DNA of 64,000 bases. It comes from Octopus bimaculoides. Its lineage: Eukaryota. Positions 24,760 to 37,385 of the stretch are shown one piece after another. The notes under the pieces were generated by a model. It searched no databases and had not been told where the DNA came from. It saw only the letters and a program-made list of their open reading frames with translations. Location of the stretch: the NCBI RefSeq assembly GCF_001194135.2, contig NC_068987.1, positions 94,767,036 to 94,831,035 on the forward strand, written 5' to 3'. Positions within the stretch are counted from its first letter, which is position 1, and each line of letters starts with the position of its first letter. The position numbers were made by a program, and so were the translations under genes.

Positions 24760-25770
24760 ATACTCTGGTAATTTCGTTCTCCACAGCGGATTTCCTAGGG
24801 GAATTAGAAAGGAAATTCCATACAAGGAGACTAAACCTAGACCTGAGAGCCCCATTTTGCCAATGACTAAGATTTTAGTAAGTAGGAGAGAAGGTAGGAC
24901 CTTAGTATCTTCAGCTAAACAATCTTGCTTGATCTGCAGTAAAGGAGTTGGTAGGAACACCATACACTGTACCCAGTACGCAAGAGGGGCAGCAAAGTTA
25001 CAGGCAGACTTTCAGAGAAAGAAAGCTTCATTTGTAGTATATGCACAAGACCATCATCATCATCATCGTCGTCATTTAACGTCTGCTTTCCCTGCTGGCA
25101 TGGGTTGGACGGTTTGACTGAGGACTGGTGAGCCAGGAGGCTGCACCAGGTACCAATCTGATCTGGCAAAGTTTCTACAGCTGGATGCTCTTTCTAACGT
25201 CAACCAGCTGTAGAAACTTTGCTAGTATGTACTAAAAACAGGCTCTTTTGTTTGTCCAGACGGCTTACTTAAAGCAGTTGAAAAACTTACCTTACTGACT
25301 TACTTAACAGAGGAGGTGGCTACAGTGAAAGTGTGGCTGCCAGGACACAAGAACAAGTTTGAAAAAATTCAGGGGGCTTCTACTGTTTCAGGCAACAAAG
25401 TTATTTTCTCTCAGAGTGAAGGACAAATTGCATGATGCATGTATTAGAACTGCACAACTGCATGGTAGTGAAACATGGGCTTTGAATGCAGAGGATATCA
25501 GAAGACTGGAAAGAAATGAATTGAACATGCTCAATTGCATATGCTATTTAAGTCTTGCATGAAGGACATCATTTTGAGAGAAAAAATTGGGCCTAAGAAG
25601 GATGAAATATAGAGTCCAAGAAAAATGACTATTATGGACATGATGCATAGGAATGAGAATAGCTGTATAAAAAAAAAGGGGCCGATCACTAAATGTACAT
25701 GGAGCTTGCAAAAGAGGGAAACCAGAAAGACTTGGAATGGAGAGGTGAATGCCAATTTCAAAACCTAGAA
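24760..25770 (+). mobile_element. Fragmented RTE LINE ORF2, interrupted by a family A copy at about 25051-25203
   Basis: Peptides SCLICSKGVGRNTIHCTQ and KKFRGLL...FSLRVKDKLHDACIRTAQLHGSETWALNAEDIRRLERNE are collinear with the minus-strand element at 4445-5450. Confidence 0.75.
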
Positions 25771-26859
25771 CCTCATGGAGGACATGACAAGGGGATAGGG
25801 TTAACTAACAATATGCAGTTCTGGAAAAAACCTGCCAAACTTGGTGCAAATAAGTTATGGAAGCACTGTGTGTGTGCGTGTGTGCACAACTGGGCCCTTT
25901 GATCAGTTTCCTCTCCAAGACCATCCTTCATCTTTAACTGCAGATTTTCCTTGATACCCCACTAGGTTTCTCACAACCCCGAATTATTTCATTTCATATC
26001 CATATTCATGTCCTCTTCATATTATGCCCCTACCTACCCTCCCCCATCATTTCACCTTCTCCATCACTGAACTCCTCTCACTTTTCCACTAAGCCTGCTT
26101 CCCTCCCTCCATCTGACAATCTATCAAATTGCTCTCTCTCTCTCTCTCTCTCTCTCTTGTATCATCATTTCTAGTCTGCAACTATGCATCACTGCACCCC
26201 CCCCCCACCTGTTATTCACTATTCACTACATCCACCCCTTCAACCCTATCCAATCTCTACAACCATTCTCTACTTTTCCCTTCCTCCCTTAATTACGACC
26301 CAATCAATGCTAACACCTCATCTATTATATTCACCCTCCTCCATTGCAAACCATCTTTCACTCTCCCCCACACACCCTTGAAAACTCTACCCACTTACAC
26401 ACACCTGTTTCTATTGCCCCAGTTCACTTTTACTGATCTTGTACCTTGAGGGTCCACACATCTCATCACCATTATTATATATATCTTTGCCTAGTTCCAC
26501 CCAGATTAACACCATCCACTCTTCTGAAATGTGAGTAGCCATGTACCCCCTCTACAAAAAATCTATTCTCCTTAGGCCCCTAACCCTTCATTTCATTGCC
26601 TTAGGCTGCTTCTCTCTCTCTCTCTCTCTCTCATAGTCTTGCAAACAGCAATTTAGCCTCACTAGTGTCAGTGACACTGCAAAGCACCCAGGAGATGCTT
26701 TGTGGTGTTTGGTATTATAGGAAGGACACACACCAGTAGAGGCAGTAGAGCACATTGCTGACGTTGCACCAATTGCATCCTCTCAAGCCATTTAGTCCAT
26801 TTAGTCCACTATGGATTAAATAGATGTTAAGTGATGATGATGATATGCATATATACATT

Positions 26860-27097
26860 ATCATCATCATCATTGTTTTAATGTCCAGTTTTCCCTGCTC
26901 ACATGTGCTGGGTGGACTTTTGCCAAGGCAGGTTTTTCTACAGCCAGATGTCCTTCCTGCCATCAATTCTTTTCCTGTTTCTAAATAAGTCATATTCTGT
27001 GACATGATGTTGCAGAAGATAGGAAATGACCAACACCATTTGCACGACAGAGACACTCTTTGACAACAATAACATGATGTCAAGACAACGAAACAGT

Positions 27098-27149
<52 letters not shown>

Positions 27150-27305
27150 TATTACTTTCAGTTTCCACCGACAAGATCCAATCACAAAGTTTTTGTTAGC
27201 CTGGGGCTATAGTAGAAGACACTTGCAATCCTAGGTGCCACACAATGGGACTGAACCTAGAACCATGTGATTGGGAGGCAAAGTTCTTACCCACACAGCT
27301 ACACA
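26860..27305 (-). mobile_element. Composite family C SINE with internal (CA)n
   Basis: Reverse complement of the 23217-type layout: (CAT)n tail at left, (AC)n at about 27100-27145, head ...gtgccacacaatgggactgaacctagaaccatgtgattgggaggcaaagttcttacccacacagctac. Confidence 0.7.
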
Positions 27306-27315
27306 TGTATATAAA

Positions 27316-27354
<39 letters not shown>

Positions 27355-27429
27355 GTGTGTGTGTATACACACTCACATACACATTTCTGTGTGAAAATAT
27401 ATTTGTGTGTGTGTATGTACACACACATA

Positions 27430-28604
27430 CAGGGATTAAACAAAGTAATGGAAACACTTTGTTAAGAGCAAGTTCTATTACTCAATACAGAGTTGGTCAA
27501 CATCAGTTACAGCTTTAATCCATCGACGAATTGACTTGTGCTAATTCTGGATAGTCATTAGGGGAATTTTCAGCCACTCTTTAAGTAGAACTTGCTTTAA
27601 CTCTTTCAGTATCGATGGCAGATGAAGCAGCCTCCTTGCTCACTGCTACAAAATGTATCATAAATATTTGATTATATTTAGATTGAGTGATTGTTGGGGA
27701 ATCAATCCAAGTGATAACTTATCTTTTGTATTCTTCATCCCAATGTGAATTGGTGCATTACTGTCCTGGAAGATTGTGTTAGCGTCAGGGAATGATGTTT
27801 GTACCATGTGATGAATATGATCAACCAAAATACTCAAATAATTCTTGGAATTAGCTCTGCCATGTAAAACAGCTGAAGGGCTAAGAGAATTCCATGATAT
27901 GGATGTCCCTCACAGCAGAGCCATCTCCATGCTTCATGGTTAGGGACCAAACCTGTCAAGGCTGAAGATTTCTTTGTCTCCAGTCATAAACTTGTCTCAA
28001 AGTGGAGAAAAATGGTGAATGATGATTCTGCTAAGACAATATTGTTACATTGAGTTATTAAGCACTTCTGATAGTCTTGATGCCATATTTTTCTGCTTAT
28101 CAATGTTGATAGGTAGAAGAGAGGTTTACCAATCATTGTCACTACTTTTGCTGCTGTAGTTCCGAGACACAATATCTTTTACTCTTCTGTTGTTCCTCTT
28201 CTCTTTGAGCTTCAACTTTCATCCATAAATGTGATAACCAGAGTTGCTTTTACCTTGCTTTTGAAATGCTGAGATGACTTTAGAGAGTATCTCTCAAAGT
28301 ATCAAACTATTCAGCAACAGTTTTAGTGACTAAATCTCCAATCATCAGTGTCCCAACCATCCATGCCCCAACAATTGGTTCTCTTTGAAAATATGATGAG
28401 GTCACACCTCTTCACTTATTTAATTATAAATATCTGAAGAAAAAACAAAATGAAGAATAGTGCTATGTCTTGAAGTACATGACACATAAAGCATATGAAT
28501 GCATAGATACAAACTTGAACAGTTCTGGCTTTGTCATACTGCCAATAGAAAAAAGAACTAGTTAAATAAAAATAGGTGTTTCCATTATTTTGACTAACCC
28601 CCTG
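27430..28604 (-). mobile_element. Tc1-like DNA transposon, both TIRs present, transposase degenerate
   Basis: Left end TA|cagggattaaacaaagtaatggaaacac; right end gtgtttccattattttgactaacccctg|TA (about 28-bp imperfect TIRs, TA target duplication). The minus strand gives PDANTIFQDSNAPIH. Confidence 0.85.
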
Positions 28605-28676
28605 TAATTGTTATATAGATATGTGTGCCTGTGCATGTGAGACATAGGTAGGCAGACAGAAAGGCAGGCAGAATGT

Positions 28677-28712
<36 letters not shown>

Positions 28713-29097
28713 ATCAGTATATGAGTTTTGTTTTTTGTTTTTTATCAATTATCCACCTCAGCATTTGAGACATTGCAGTACTTCAGAATATTTTTTAAGT
28801 GCCACTTGTAGAGAAGCAGAAGGGTGTGGATGATTGCAGTTTGTCTTGCTCATAATTAGAAGAAGTATAGGTGTGTGAGAGGGTTTCTGTATGGGCTTGT
28901 CTCTATGTGTGTAAAAGAAATAAGCTAACAACACAGTAACTAAATGCCTGCTGAATGGAAGTTTTGTTAGTCCTGACGATAGGAAATAATTATATTTTAA
29001 CTATATTTTTTTTTTACCTCATGGGAATTAAGAAAGATGACTCACAGTTAAGAAGTGAGCATTGATAGGAGCTATGGTGGAAAATGAAATAGTGAAT

Positions 29098-29150
<53 letters not shown>

Positions 29151-29624
29151 GAGGACAGAGAGACAGAGAGGAGAGAGAGACAGGGAGAACACAGAGAGAC
29201 AGGGAGGAGAGAGAGACAGGGACACAGAGACATATAAAAAGTATTGAAAGATAAGTGAAATATTTAAGGAAAGATGAATTTAGTAATGTAGAATGATAAA
29301 ACTGATTGTTGATATGGGGGTGGGGAATTATGAATGTATATGTTTGTTTGTTTGTTTGTACAAAACTGCTATAATTATTCATATAAGTGTACTTGATAAC
29401 CTGTATAAGTCAGATATCTGATGAAGAGCTCATTAAAACGTATACAATGACATCTGTATTTGAGTATTGTTGTGTTTGTGCCTACACACACATACACACA
29501 CACACACAAGGCATGTACTTTCATTTCTATCTTCACAGATTTAGAATAATGATCTAGAAATTTTAACTCATAGGAAACCATTATTGTTCAACTGGTGGTG
29601 TGTGTATTTGGTGAAAGTCTGTGG

Positions 29625-29760
29625 CCTTGTGGTGAGGGTGTAGTACTCATGATTATAAGGTCTTGTGTTTGATTCCTGAGTCAGGTGGTGCCTTGTGTCC
29701 TTGAGCAAGGTACTTCACTCCCCATTGCTCTAGTTTACTCAGCTGAAATGAATACCAACT
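29625..29760 (+). mobile_element. tRNA-derived SINE fragment
   Basis: B-box-like gtttgattcctg followed by gtgtccttgagcaaggtacttcactccccattgctc, a typical SINE central-domain-like sequence. Family not assigned. Confidence 0.45.
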
Positions 29761-30094
29761 GAGGTTGCTCTTGTCCTCCGTCTATCATACACTGTATGTT
29801 TCACTGGGTCATGTATACAAGGGCCAAAAGGTTGTCTCTGTCTGCTCCTGATTACAAAGGCATCTAAAATACTTAACAAAAGCATGGTACCTACTCTGTC
29901 ACCCTCTTTTATGTGTGATGGCTATGATAGTAACTGGTAATGCCTATATTCTACCATTATCTTTCTGGTACTGTTTATCTGTTCATTAAAAATGAGATAT
30001 AGAACTTATATTTCAGTATATTCTTCTTAATTTGAGTGAGTTTCACTTTTTAGCAATCACTTACTTTATGATTGCGATGGTCAATGTCATGCTT

Positions 30095-30601
30095 CAACAA
30101 ACACGTTCTGTGCCCCTGGACTGGATCTTTTTTCGAGCGAGATCGTTGCCGGTACCCCTGGACTGGGTCTTGTGTGGGTGACACATGAAATGCACCATTT
30201 GAGCGTGACCGTTGCCAGTGCTGCCTGGCTGGACTTTGTGGGATTTTCAATCGAGATCGTTGCCAGTGCCCCTGGACTGGCTCTTGTGTGGGTGGCACAT
30301 GAAATGCACCATTTTGAGCGTGGCCGTTGCCAGTACCGCCTGACTGGCCTTCATGCGGGTGACACGTAAAAGCACCCACTACACTCTCTGAGTGGTTGGC
30401 GTTAGGNNNNNNNNNNCGGGTGACACGTAAAAGCACCCACTACACTCTCTGAGTGGTTGGCGTTAGGAAGGGCATCCAGCTGTAGAAACTCTGCCAAATC
30501 AGATTGGAGCCTGGTGTAGCCATCTGGTTTCACCAGTCCTCAGTCAAATCGTTCAACCCATGCTAGCATGGAAAGCGGACGTTATAAGACGACGACGACG
30601 A
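30095..30601 (+). mobile_element. Family A element with tandemly repeated 5' modules
   Basis: Repeated modules gatcgttgcc(a/g)gt.../gtgggtg(a/g)cacatgaaatgcaccattt(t)gagcgtg(a/g)ccgttgccagt lie upstream of the standard family A tail ending in (GAC)n. Confidence 0.75.
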
Positions 30602-31393
30602 TATATCGTAGAATTTAATTCCATTCTAAAAAGATTGATTCATCAAAATATTATTCAAATCTGAGAAAAATGTTACAAGGACAAGAATAACAAGAATAAC
30701 TATATATTTACAATCTCCCTCTAACCCTAACCCAAAATGCCTGATTCCAGTTTGAATTGTAACAAAATTACTGTGTCACATCAAGACTCTTTGTGAACTT
30801 TTTCTGCAGTCAGGTTCTTCTCCCCGTCCCTCTCCTTCCCTCTCTGTGTCTAAAGAAGTTGCCAGAACATGAGATAGAGAAACATCCAGAATGTAAAGTC
30901 ATACAACTATTAGAAACCATGGCTTAGAGATGAAAGAATTTGGAGTGGATAATTAACATTTTGAAGTTAGAAAATGGTATAGATGCAAACATTGGTAGAA
31001 TACCAAAAGAGAGGATTTATGGTATCTGCTTACTTTAAGAACCAATAAAGTAAATGTTATTTAAATGTTTGCTGTGATGTAATTGGACGAGATTTTGTAG
31101 CTAGGAGTTTCAGTGAGTGGGAAGTACCGGTAATATACTGAATGAAAATCAACAGTTATCACAGCATCCATCACCTAAACTTTGTGGCTTTAAAACCTAT
31201 GCGCATCTTACATTATTAAATTTTCAGAGATTTGATAAAGTAATCCACATATTTGTTTTTTTCTTCTAATGTAATTAGGGTGTTATTACATTTTAACTGC
31301 ATATAAGATGCTGTAACTTAGTAATTTATTAACAAACTCTCCAGTTTCATAAATATATGTGTGTGTGTATATATTTGTATGTATGTGGGTATA

Positions 31394-31435
<42 letters not shown>

Positions 31436-31445
31436 NNNNNNNNNN

Positions 31446-31487
<42 letters not shown>

Positions 31488-32058
31488 CATGGAAGTGTGT
31501 GTGTGTGTGTGTATATATATGTGTGTGTGTGTATGCATGTATACATATATGTATATGTGTGTGCATATTTGTGAGTATATATATATATATATAAATGTAC
31601 ATGTTGATGGATATATATGAATACATATATGCATGTATAATTATGTGCGTATTTATATGCACTGCACATTATACAAATAATAAATATTCCAGAAAGTTTT
31701 TAGTTTACATGGATCAGACAAAAAAATCCCACTGGGAAATGGATGATGTCTAATGGAACTTCTAGAGATGAATTATAACTCATAGATCCCAGATAAAAAA
31801 TACTGGATATCATTAAAACAACATTGACAACATGAAATGTGAATCAGATAAAGTCACTGCATGTTGAAACGGATGGTAGAGGGGAAAAAAATGAAAAGAG
31901 GACACCTAATGGATCCTGTCAAATTTACTGTTTATCAATACTGACTAAAGGGAAACAAGACATGAGATTAATTCAAAAGGTTGCTTCGATGGGATAGGAT
32001 ATACTTAATGGAATTTCAACCATGTTTCGTGGTCTGCTACCACAACAGCTCCTTTATA

Positions 32059-32395
32059 GGATCCAGTTAGCTCAAGACATCATCAGGAGGAACCACGTCC
32101 GGTTTCGGCCCCTACTTCTCTACCGTTTTGACGTGGGGGGGCCACCCCCTTTCGGAGGTGTCTTCAGCTCTGGTGTTGGGTGCATGTCTTCTTTCACTGT
32201 TTGTGACTGTTCTAATTCAACTGTGGAATGTCCCTCGCTATGGTTATTTTCCAGGAGGTTCTGGCCACACGTCTTACGGTTCATCAACCCGCGTTGTTGA
32301 ATTACTTTCTTCCGACATACCTTTCCTTGGTGGATTCGGATCCAGTTAGCTGAAGACATCATCAGGAGGAACCACATCCAGTTTCGCCCCCTTCT
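32059..32395. repeat. About 58-bp imperfect direct repeat with 279-bp period around a GC-rich structured core
   Basis: ggatccagttagctcaagacatcatcaggaggaaccacgtccggtttcggcccc at 32059 versus ggatccagttagctgaagacatcatcaggaggaaccacatccagtttcgccccc at 32338. Confidence 0.9.
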
Positions 32396-33965
32396 AATAA
32401 TACTATTGAGTCTAATCTAAGAGAATAGGTTTGCCATTGAATAACTGATGACCATAACAGTTCATTTGAATGAGATGAGAGGTTTTAAGTCTCTTTTAAT
32501 TGTTAATGATTAGCAGTTTAGTTGCTGTGAACAGTGAACGCAATGTTTACAGTTGCTGTTGGCAGTGAACACAATGAAGTCATGAGATTTTTAAATCCAT
32601 GGTCTTTGCTTATTTTGTTTTTGCTTCACAATACAAGGAAAGGAATTTTCCTATTTCCATCCTGTTACTTTTTAAGTGAATGTAAAAGATCAAGGATGCC
32701 ACAGTGAATAGTTGTTTCTCACTGGTGTTGCTATTGGTGGGAGTGTGGGGGGGGGAGATAACTGACATCTATATATATATCTGTTATGTGTAGATGTGAC
32801 TATAGTTGCTGTAGTATGGGTTTGTTTTTTTTACCGAATTGGTGCTTATGAATATTAGAACCAGTCTGCAATTTTGTATGAAGCATATGTGAGGTCACAG
32901 TTCACTGGTCTGGTTCAGGAGGGAGAGCGTGTATATTTATTGTACTGATGGCCTGCATTGCTAGTATTATGTATGCAGGTGTATAGAAGTTAATATATAA
33001 GTGTGTGTGTTTAGGTCAATATATATGAGTGTCATTATTTAGTGTTAGTCCATATGGTGTGTCTACATGTATCTTAGCATTATTATAAATGAATTTGTGA
33101 GCATTTCAAGTGATCTCTAATGGTTGCATTCTATTTCATGTGTGAGTGAATGTGTTATCAATTTGTAGTGTTTATTTACAGTTATATCTTTCATCTCTGT
33201 TTTTCGTAGCTTCTGTTCTTCTCTAAATCTAATATTCATTAAATTGGGATATTCTAACTGCCTATTTAGTATGTTTCAAGTGATTTCTCTTGCATTCCCT
33301 TTACAATCTTATGGCTCAAGAATTATCAATGCATTTTCATGATTTCAGATGACCGACTTTAGTCTACATCAATTCTTTCTCTCTGTTAGTCTTAGGTTCA
33401 ACTGCTACCAAATTTAAATCTTCTCCATCTGAATTAATAGAGTTGGTACTACTAAAATCTGCTATGGTCAAAGGAGATATGATTAGAAGTTGAAAAATAC
33501 AACATCCTGAAAGTCTTTTCTTTGGCCGTTCTCTCACACCTTACTGATACTGTCTCTATAAACTCCTTAAAACTGCATGAGTTAACAAGTACTACCAATA
33601 CGCACACACACATAAATACATTTTAGTCAATTGTATAGTAATAAGAGCAACATTAAATAAATAAAAAAATTGCTAATGCCGCCGCCGCCACCACCNNNNN
33701 NNNNNNNNNNNNNNNNNNNNNNNNNNNNNNNNNNNNNNNNNNNNNNNNNNNNNNNNNNNNNNNNNNNNNNNNNNNNNNNNNNNNNNNNNNNNNNNNNNNN
33801 NNNNNNNNNNNNNNNNNNNNNNNNNNNNNNNNNNNNNNNNNNNNNNNNNNNNNNNNNNNNNNNNNNNNNNNNNNNNNNNNNNNNNNNNNNNNNNNNNNNN
33901 NNNNNNNNNNNNNNNNNNNNNNNNNNNNNNNNNNNNNNNNNNNNNNNNNNNNNNNNNNNNNNNNN

Positions 33966-35015
33966 GGGTTGGACCGCCTTTGGCAGTAATTACAGCTTGA
34001 ATTCTATGAGGTATAGACTCGTACAAAGTTTGAATTGTTTCCAAAGGAATTTTTGTCCATTCTTCAGCTAAAACAGTCTCCAGCTCTTGTAGTGATGATG
34101 GTGGAGGATATCAACTCCTTACTTGTTTTTCTAAAATGCACCATAAATGTTCAATAATATTGTAATCTGGGGACTGTGGTGGCCAGATAAGATGTTCATC
34201 TTCACTAGAATGTTCCTCGTGCCATTCGGTAACAACTTTAGCTGTGTGAATTGGTGCATTATCGTCCTGAAATATTGTGTTCCCTTCCGGAAATAGTTCC
34301 ACAAACATAGGATGAATTTGATCAGATAAAATGCCTAAATAGTTCTGACTATTAATTCTGGTGGATTTCCAAGATATAGCCCACTCAGTTCATCACAGAT
34401 CCTCCTCCATGTTTAACAATTGGAAGAAGGCAGTCTGGGTCAAATCCTTCTTTTGGCTGTCTCCACATGTATACTTGGCCGATGGTCGGAAATAAGGTAA
34501 AGGATGAATCGTCCAAGAAAATAACATTCTTCTACTGCTCTAGGGACCAATTCTGTAGGCTTTTACTCCACTCTAAATATTTTGCAACGTTTGTTTTTGA
34601 TAGTAGTGGTTTTCTGATTGCAGCCCTCCCATGAATTCTGGCTTTGTGCAGCTCCCAGCGAACAGTTGTCGTGGAAATTGGGTTCTTGAGGTGGTCATTA
34701 AGCTGTCATTACTTTTGGGGCAGTATTTCTTGATACACCAAACATTTCGGCTGTTTTTGTTACGCTAGCGCCTGTCATACAAACACCAACAATTTGACCT
34801 CTTTGAAAGTCCGAAAGAGCTGTCATTTTAATGAAATTTAATTACCTTTTTCTGATGATATCTGAAAAGAAACAGCAATTTTTACAAAACATATTAAGCA
34901 ACACTAATAACAAATCAAAAAACATAAAAATAAACAAGCTTTTGATGGTTTTATAGATATTTCAAAATTATGATACTATGATGCTAGGTGTTTCCATTAT
35001 TTTGTCCAACCCCTG
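33966..35015 (-). mobile_element. Tc1-like transposon (same family as 27430-28604); left end falls in a gap
   Basis: Peptides FPEGNTIFQDDNAPIHTAK...WPPQSPDYNIIEHLW (Tc1 catalytic motifs) and LYESIPHRIQAVITAKGGPT. Right TIR gtgtttccattattttgtccaacccctg|TA at 35015. Confidence 0.9.
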
Positions 35016-36015
35016 TATCTGCATGGGAAAGTTTCTATGTGTATACAAGTGCGATACAAGACAGACTACTATGGTGTCAGGGCAAGAGATATAAAAGGAA
35101 ATAAGTTTATACCAATCAGCGGATATTTTAGTTTACTTCATTTTTCATTCCATTCTCTTTAAGCTTTGCTTCATTGAATTTTCTTCCATTTTCTTTGTGT
35201 ATTTCCATTTGGTACAGAGTCAAATTACATTTCATCATTGGAAAACCTATACCAATAATAATGTGTGTGTATTTGTTTCCTCATCTTAATATCACACAAT
35301 AGCAATAAATGAGCATAACTATTGTACAAGCAGTGGTGGTCACTTCCAGTCTTCCGTGGAAACAATTTTTTGCTATGGGCAAAAAACACTTCTTTGGAAA
35401 CAAGTGAGTGATGGTAACAAGAATGGCATCTTGACCGTGGAAATCTGTTTCAATGAATTTTGTTTAACCTATGTAAGCTTTGGACTTCAAATGTTGATGA
35501 TGATGATAATATATATATGGATGTATGTATATATATAAATATATATACACACATACACACACACACATGTATATGATAGTATCAAATAGTGAAAAGGAAT
35601 GCTCAACACCACATGGGTGAATAAATATTCTTTATTTGTGGGCTAACAAGGCAATAACATGGAAGTGCTGGTGCTTGTCTAAATTTTGGTGTTCCCAACC
35701 AAAATGTAGACAAGTGCCAACACTTCCATGTGACATATTCGATCAATTGACAAACTTTCTTCACATGAAACAATTAGTAGCTTTGTTAATTCACTTATAC
35801 ATATGTGTGCCTGTGTGTGTGTGTGTGTGTTTGTATGTACATGTATTTGTATGCATATATGTACGTATATATATGTGTGTGTATGTAAATATGCATATAT
35901 GTATATATATATATANNNNNNNNNNNNNNNNNNNNNNNNNNNNNNNNNNNNNNNNNNNNNNNNNNNNNNNNNNNNNNNNNNNNNNNNNNNNNNNNNNNNN
36001 NNNNNNNNNNNNNNN

Positions 36016-36052
<37 letters not shown>

Positions 36053-36118
36053 GTATATATACAAATATGTATATACAAAATATGGGGGATTTAGTTCACA
36101 GGTGATCTGAACAATATA

Positions 36119-37367
36119 CAGGGTGTGGAAGATATTTGAGGACAGACTTATGTTTATGAAAAAGCAAATGTATAATAACAGATAAGAAATTTATTCATCA
36201 AAAAATGCTGTGTGTGTAAAAATAAATCTTTTCTATAATGTTATTCAATAAAGCCATCTTCAGCTTCAACAACTGCTTCTATATGAGATCTAAATGATCT
36301 ACATGCTCGAATCAAGTGGTCCTGGTTCATTTTGGACATTACTCTGACTATAGCAGCTTTCAAAGAGTCTTTAGTGTTATAGGTGTCTTCATTGACCTCT
36401 CTTTCAACAATGTTTCACATGTAATAGTCCAATAGATTGAGATCTGTGGAATTAGGAGACCAAATTTTAGGGGTTATGTGATTATGAAAATTTTAAACCA
36501 TCCATTCCTGTGTTACTACAGCTATGTGTAATAGTGCAGAGTCTTACTGAAGCACATATTGTCTTCCATTGCATACACTGTCGATAATTTCCAGAACCTC
36601 AGTGTAGGTGACAGAGTTAACACTCAGGCCTTGTGAAAAGAAGTAAGGAGGCATCACATGTCCTTCATTGCTGATAACCCCTAAAACCATGACAGTTGCA
36701 GGAAATTTTGTATGCATAACACTTGGAATTTCAGAAGGGTTGGCACATAACCATCTGTCATTTCTTCTGTCAACTTTTTGATCTTGGTTGAAGTTCTTCT
36801 TGTTTGAGAAAAAAAAACCAAATCAAATCTTCTGCTGGTTTTTTCAGTTTGTTTAAGAGCCTTTTAGATCTGATGTAGTGATTTTCTTTTGCTTTTTTTG
36901 GCAAATTGACCTTTCCTCATCATATAAGACTTATGTCTGATGTCTTCATGGACAACATTTCCGACTGTTCCTTCTGACACATGGAAATCTTTTGCAATTG
37001 ACCTCATGGACTTTCTGGGATTGTAATCAATGGTCTGTTGAGCTTACTGGATAAATTCAGGTGTTCTGATTATTTCAGAGCATTTAGAATGTTTTTTAGG
37101 CTTTGATACTGGTGATACGTTTCCATCTTCAGTCTCTAACTCCTTACAAACTTTGTAGATGAAAGATCTGGCAACTTTAAAAACTTGAGATATTTCTAAA
37201 TCGCTATGCTCAGCATTTATAACCATAATAACAGCATGCCACTTCATTTCTTGTGCAAGCTGAGGGTCTGCCATTATTATTTTCTGAAACAAAGATTATA
37301 CAGAGTTAACAAAAAAATGCAGCAATGACCCAAAGCTGGTATGTCCGTAAATACTTTACACATTCTG
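36119..37367 (-). mobile_element. maT-type (DD37D) Tc1/mariner transposon, near full length, with stops
   Basis: Ends TA|cagggtgtggaagatatttgaggacag and tgtccgtaaatactttacacattctg|TA. The minus strand gives Q*DSALLH...WSPNSTDLNLLDYY, with 37 residues between the last two Asp. The N-terminus is visible in ORF 37044-37292. Confidence 0.85.
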
Positions 37368-37385
37368 TATATCTATATATATATA

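Noticed and set aside
30095-30360. Repeat-spacer-like pattern as a CRISPR array
   Set aside because: Units are degenerate modules inside a eukaryotic retroelement, with no unique spacers and no cas genes.
30356-30467. Exact 51-bp duplication on either side of a 10-N gap
   Set aside because: Typical unmerged contig overlap, so an assembly artefact rather than a biological tandem repeat.
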